DNA of 63,692 bases, counting the filler, from Hyphochytrium catenoides (lineage: Eukaryota; Protista; Hyphochytriomycota), in NCBI GenBank assembly GCA_900088475.1. It is 7 parts of 7 records of this genome, joined end to end, with 100 filler letters (N's around TTAATTAATTAA, not from the genome) between each part and the next. Parts side by side here need not be neighbours in the genome. Positions count along the whole stretch, not along the records: positions 61,205 to 62,536 come from FLMG01001887.1; positions 62,637 to 63,692 come from FLMG01002442.1; 5 more parts are not named here. The stretch is one strand, 5' to 3'. The translations under genes were made by a program, and so were the position numbers. The notes under the pieces are model-generated. The model saw nothing but the letters and a program-made list of their open reading frames with translations. It was not told the DNA's origin and did no database searches. Shown piece by piece: positions 62,301-63,692 of this stretch; the first letter of the stretch is position 1; the number at the start of each line of letters is the position of its first letter.

Positions 62301-63692
62301 CAGGTAGTCCTTCTTCCCTGTCAGCAGCCACGGTGCGCCAGTGCTGAGGCGCTATGCTAAACGGACGGCCTACGTCAACAGTCTTTTGGATAACAGCTTA
62401 TTATCGCAGTTCGTTATCTATGCCTTGCACCCTTCCTGCAGTTGCTGAGTGTCTACACAAGCTGCCAGCCCGCCCTTGGACTTCTCCTTCTATCACCTCA
62501 ACAACCATTTCCCGAGGTGTCCCTCTCTTCCTTGATNNNNNNNNNNNNNNNNNNNNNNNNNNNNNNNNNNNNNNNNNNNNTTAATTAATTAANNNNNNNN
62601 NNNNNNNNNNNNNNNNNNNNNNNNNNNNNNNNNNNNGAGAGAGAGAGAGAGAGAGGATGGAACAGAGAAGAGTGAGGCGGGAACAGGAGAGAGGACGAGA
62701 AGAGTAAGAGGAAGTTGCGGTCGGGTAGGTGTGAGGCGACAGAGAGAGAGAGAAAGGAGAGAGAAGGAGAGAGTGGAAAGGCGAGGCGGAGAACAGACAG
62801 AAGGACGGGGTGAAGTCACGGTTGGTGGCGAGAAAGAGAGAGAGAGAGAGAGAAAGAGAGCGCGAAAGAAAGAAAGAATAAGAGAGGGAGACGGTGTGTG
62901 TGTTGGGGGTGGGGAGAGGAGAAGTGGGAGAGAGACCAAGAGAGAAAGGACAATGGGAAAGAACTTTGCAAAAGCGATAAGCAAATGGCAGAAGCTAAGA
63001 GAGGGATGAATATCAAAGGAGAGAAGAAAGCTTTTGGATCTCTAAGTCAGCAACGGAGGAAGATGCAAAGGACGGAGAGAAACGTGCATCAAGAGAGAGA
63101 GAAAGAGAGAAGGTGGAAAAACGGAGAGAGAAGGGATGAGAGAGAGACCAAGAGGGAGAGACACACCTATTCAGACTGCCTTTACTACTGCGGCGCTCGA
63201 CCTTCTCATTGCCGTCTGCACTCTTCTTTTCGACGGCTTCTTCTCCTCTGAGGCTCTCCTTACTGCCCGCGCTGCCCTTCCGGCCGTCCATGGTCCTTCT
63301 CTTTACCCTCTCTCTTTCTTTCTCTCCTCTATCCGCGGCACTTCCCTCCTTTCTCTCTCTCTCTCTCCCTCTCTTCTTTTGCTCTCTCTTCAAGGCGCTA
63401 CAGCTTTACCTTACTTGTTAATGATTGAGGAGAAGAGAGAGAGAGTCTATCATTGGAGCGATCGATGAGTCTCCACCAGAAAAAGTAATGGTCTGTGCGC
63501 AGACACTATCGAGGAGTCCAAAGAGATCGCAAGAGCGAGACCGAGAAGAGCAGACACTTCATGAGACGGGAGACCCAGGAGACCCAGCAAGGAGAGAGAC
63601 ACATCAACAGAGAGAGAGAGAGACCAACACAGAGAGCGAGGCGCGAGAAAGAGAGACACACCAACACACAGAGAGAGAGAGAGAGAGAGAGA

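Larger units (their letters stand above)
1..63692. repeat. Pervasive (GA)n/(CT)n microsatellites and degenerate polypurine/polypyrimidine tracts; one (GT)n tract at ~10230-10297
   Basis: Dozens of tracts, e.g. 1375-1433, 5515-5601, 23665-23752, 38855-38913, 39907-39960 and 58950-59009. Nearly all internal N-gaps sit inside them. Confidence 0.99.

Noticed and set aside
1-63692. Stop-codon reassignment suggested by abundant TAG/TAA in protein-like intergenic stretches
   Set aside because: Conserved genes have no internal stops and end at expected positions with TAA, TAG or TGA. The stop-ridden stretches also have frameshifts, consistent with dead elements.

Overview
Eukaryotic nuclear DNA with spliceosomal GT-AG introns and the standard code, from a (GA/CT)n-microsatellite-rich genome. 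The organism is probably a flagellated protist: it has ciliary LRRC72-like and MYCBPAP-like genes, mitochondrial frataxin and WRKY19-like zinc-finger repeats, but the lineage cannot be fixed from this window. The window is not one locus. It is 7 scaffolds joined by artificial 100-nt N44-TTAATTAATTAA-N44 linkers, so synteny holds only within each piece. Most ORFs in the supplied track are microsatellite artefacts. Splicing exons by hand gave these genes: sphingoid-base-phosphate phosphatase (PAP2), a 72-aa ORF with an RNA Pol I A14-like pattern, a TPR protein, a RING-H2 ligase, frataxin, the Qb-SNARE membrin/Bos1, an LRRC72-like protein (partial), a WRKY19-like Zn-finger protein, MYCBPAP (partial), PDIA6 (partial), a TMEM68/DIESL-like acyltransferase, a Pro-rich-repeat protein (partial), a PiT phosphate transporter, and a tandem pair of unrecognised paralogues with identical intron positions. 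Intergenic DNA contains several heavily decayed transposons (Ty3/Gypsy, LINE, possibly Merlin), none intact, one with a TpA-rich RIP-like composition. Best leads: (i) strand-polarised microsatellite architecture (CT on the sense strand of introns, GA upstream of several start codons); (ii) the orphan paralogue pair, which also shows intron expansion directly; (iii) possible RIP-like transposon decay; (iv) the A14-like microprotein. All family assignments come from motifs recognised by eye, with no database search.
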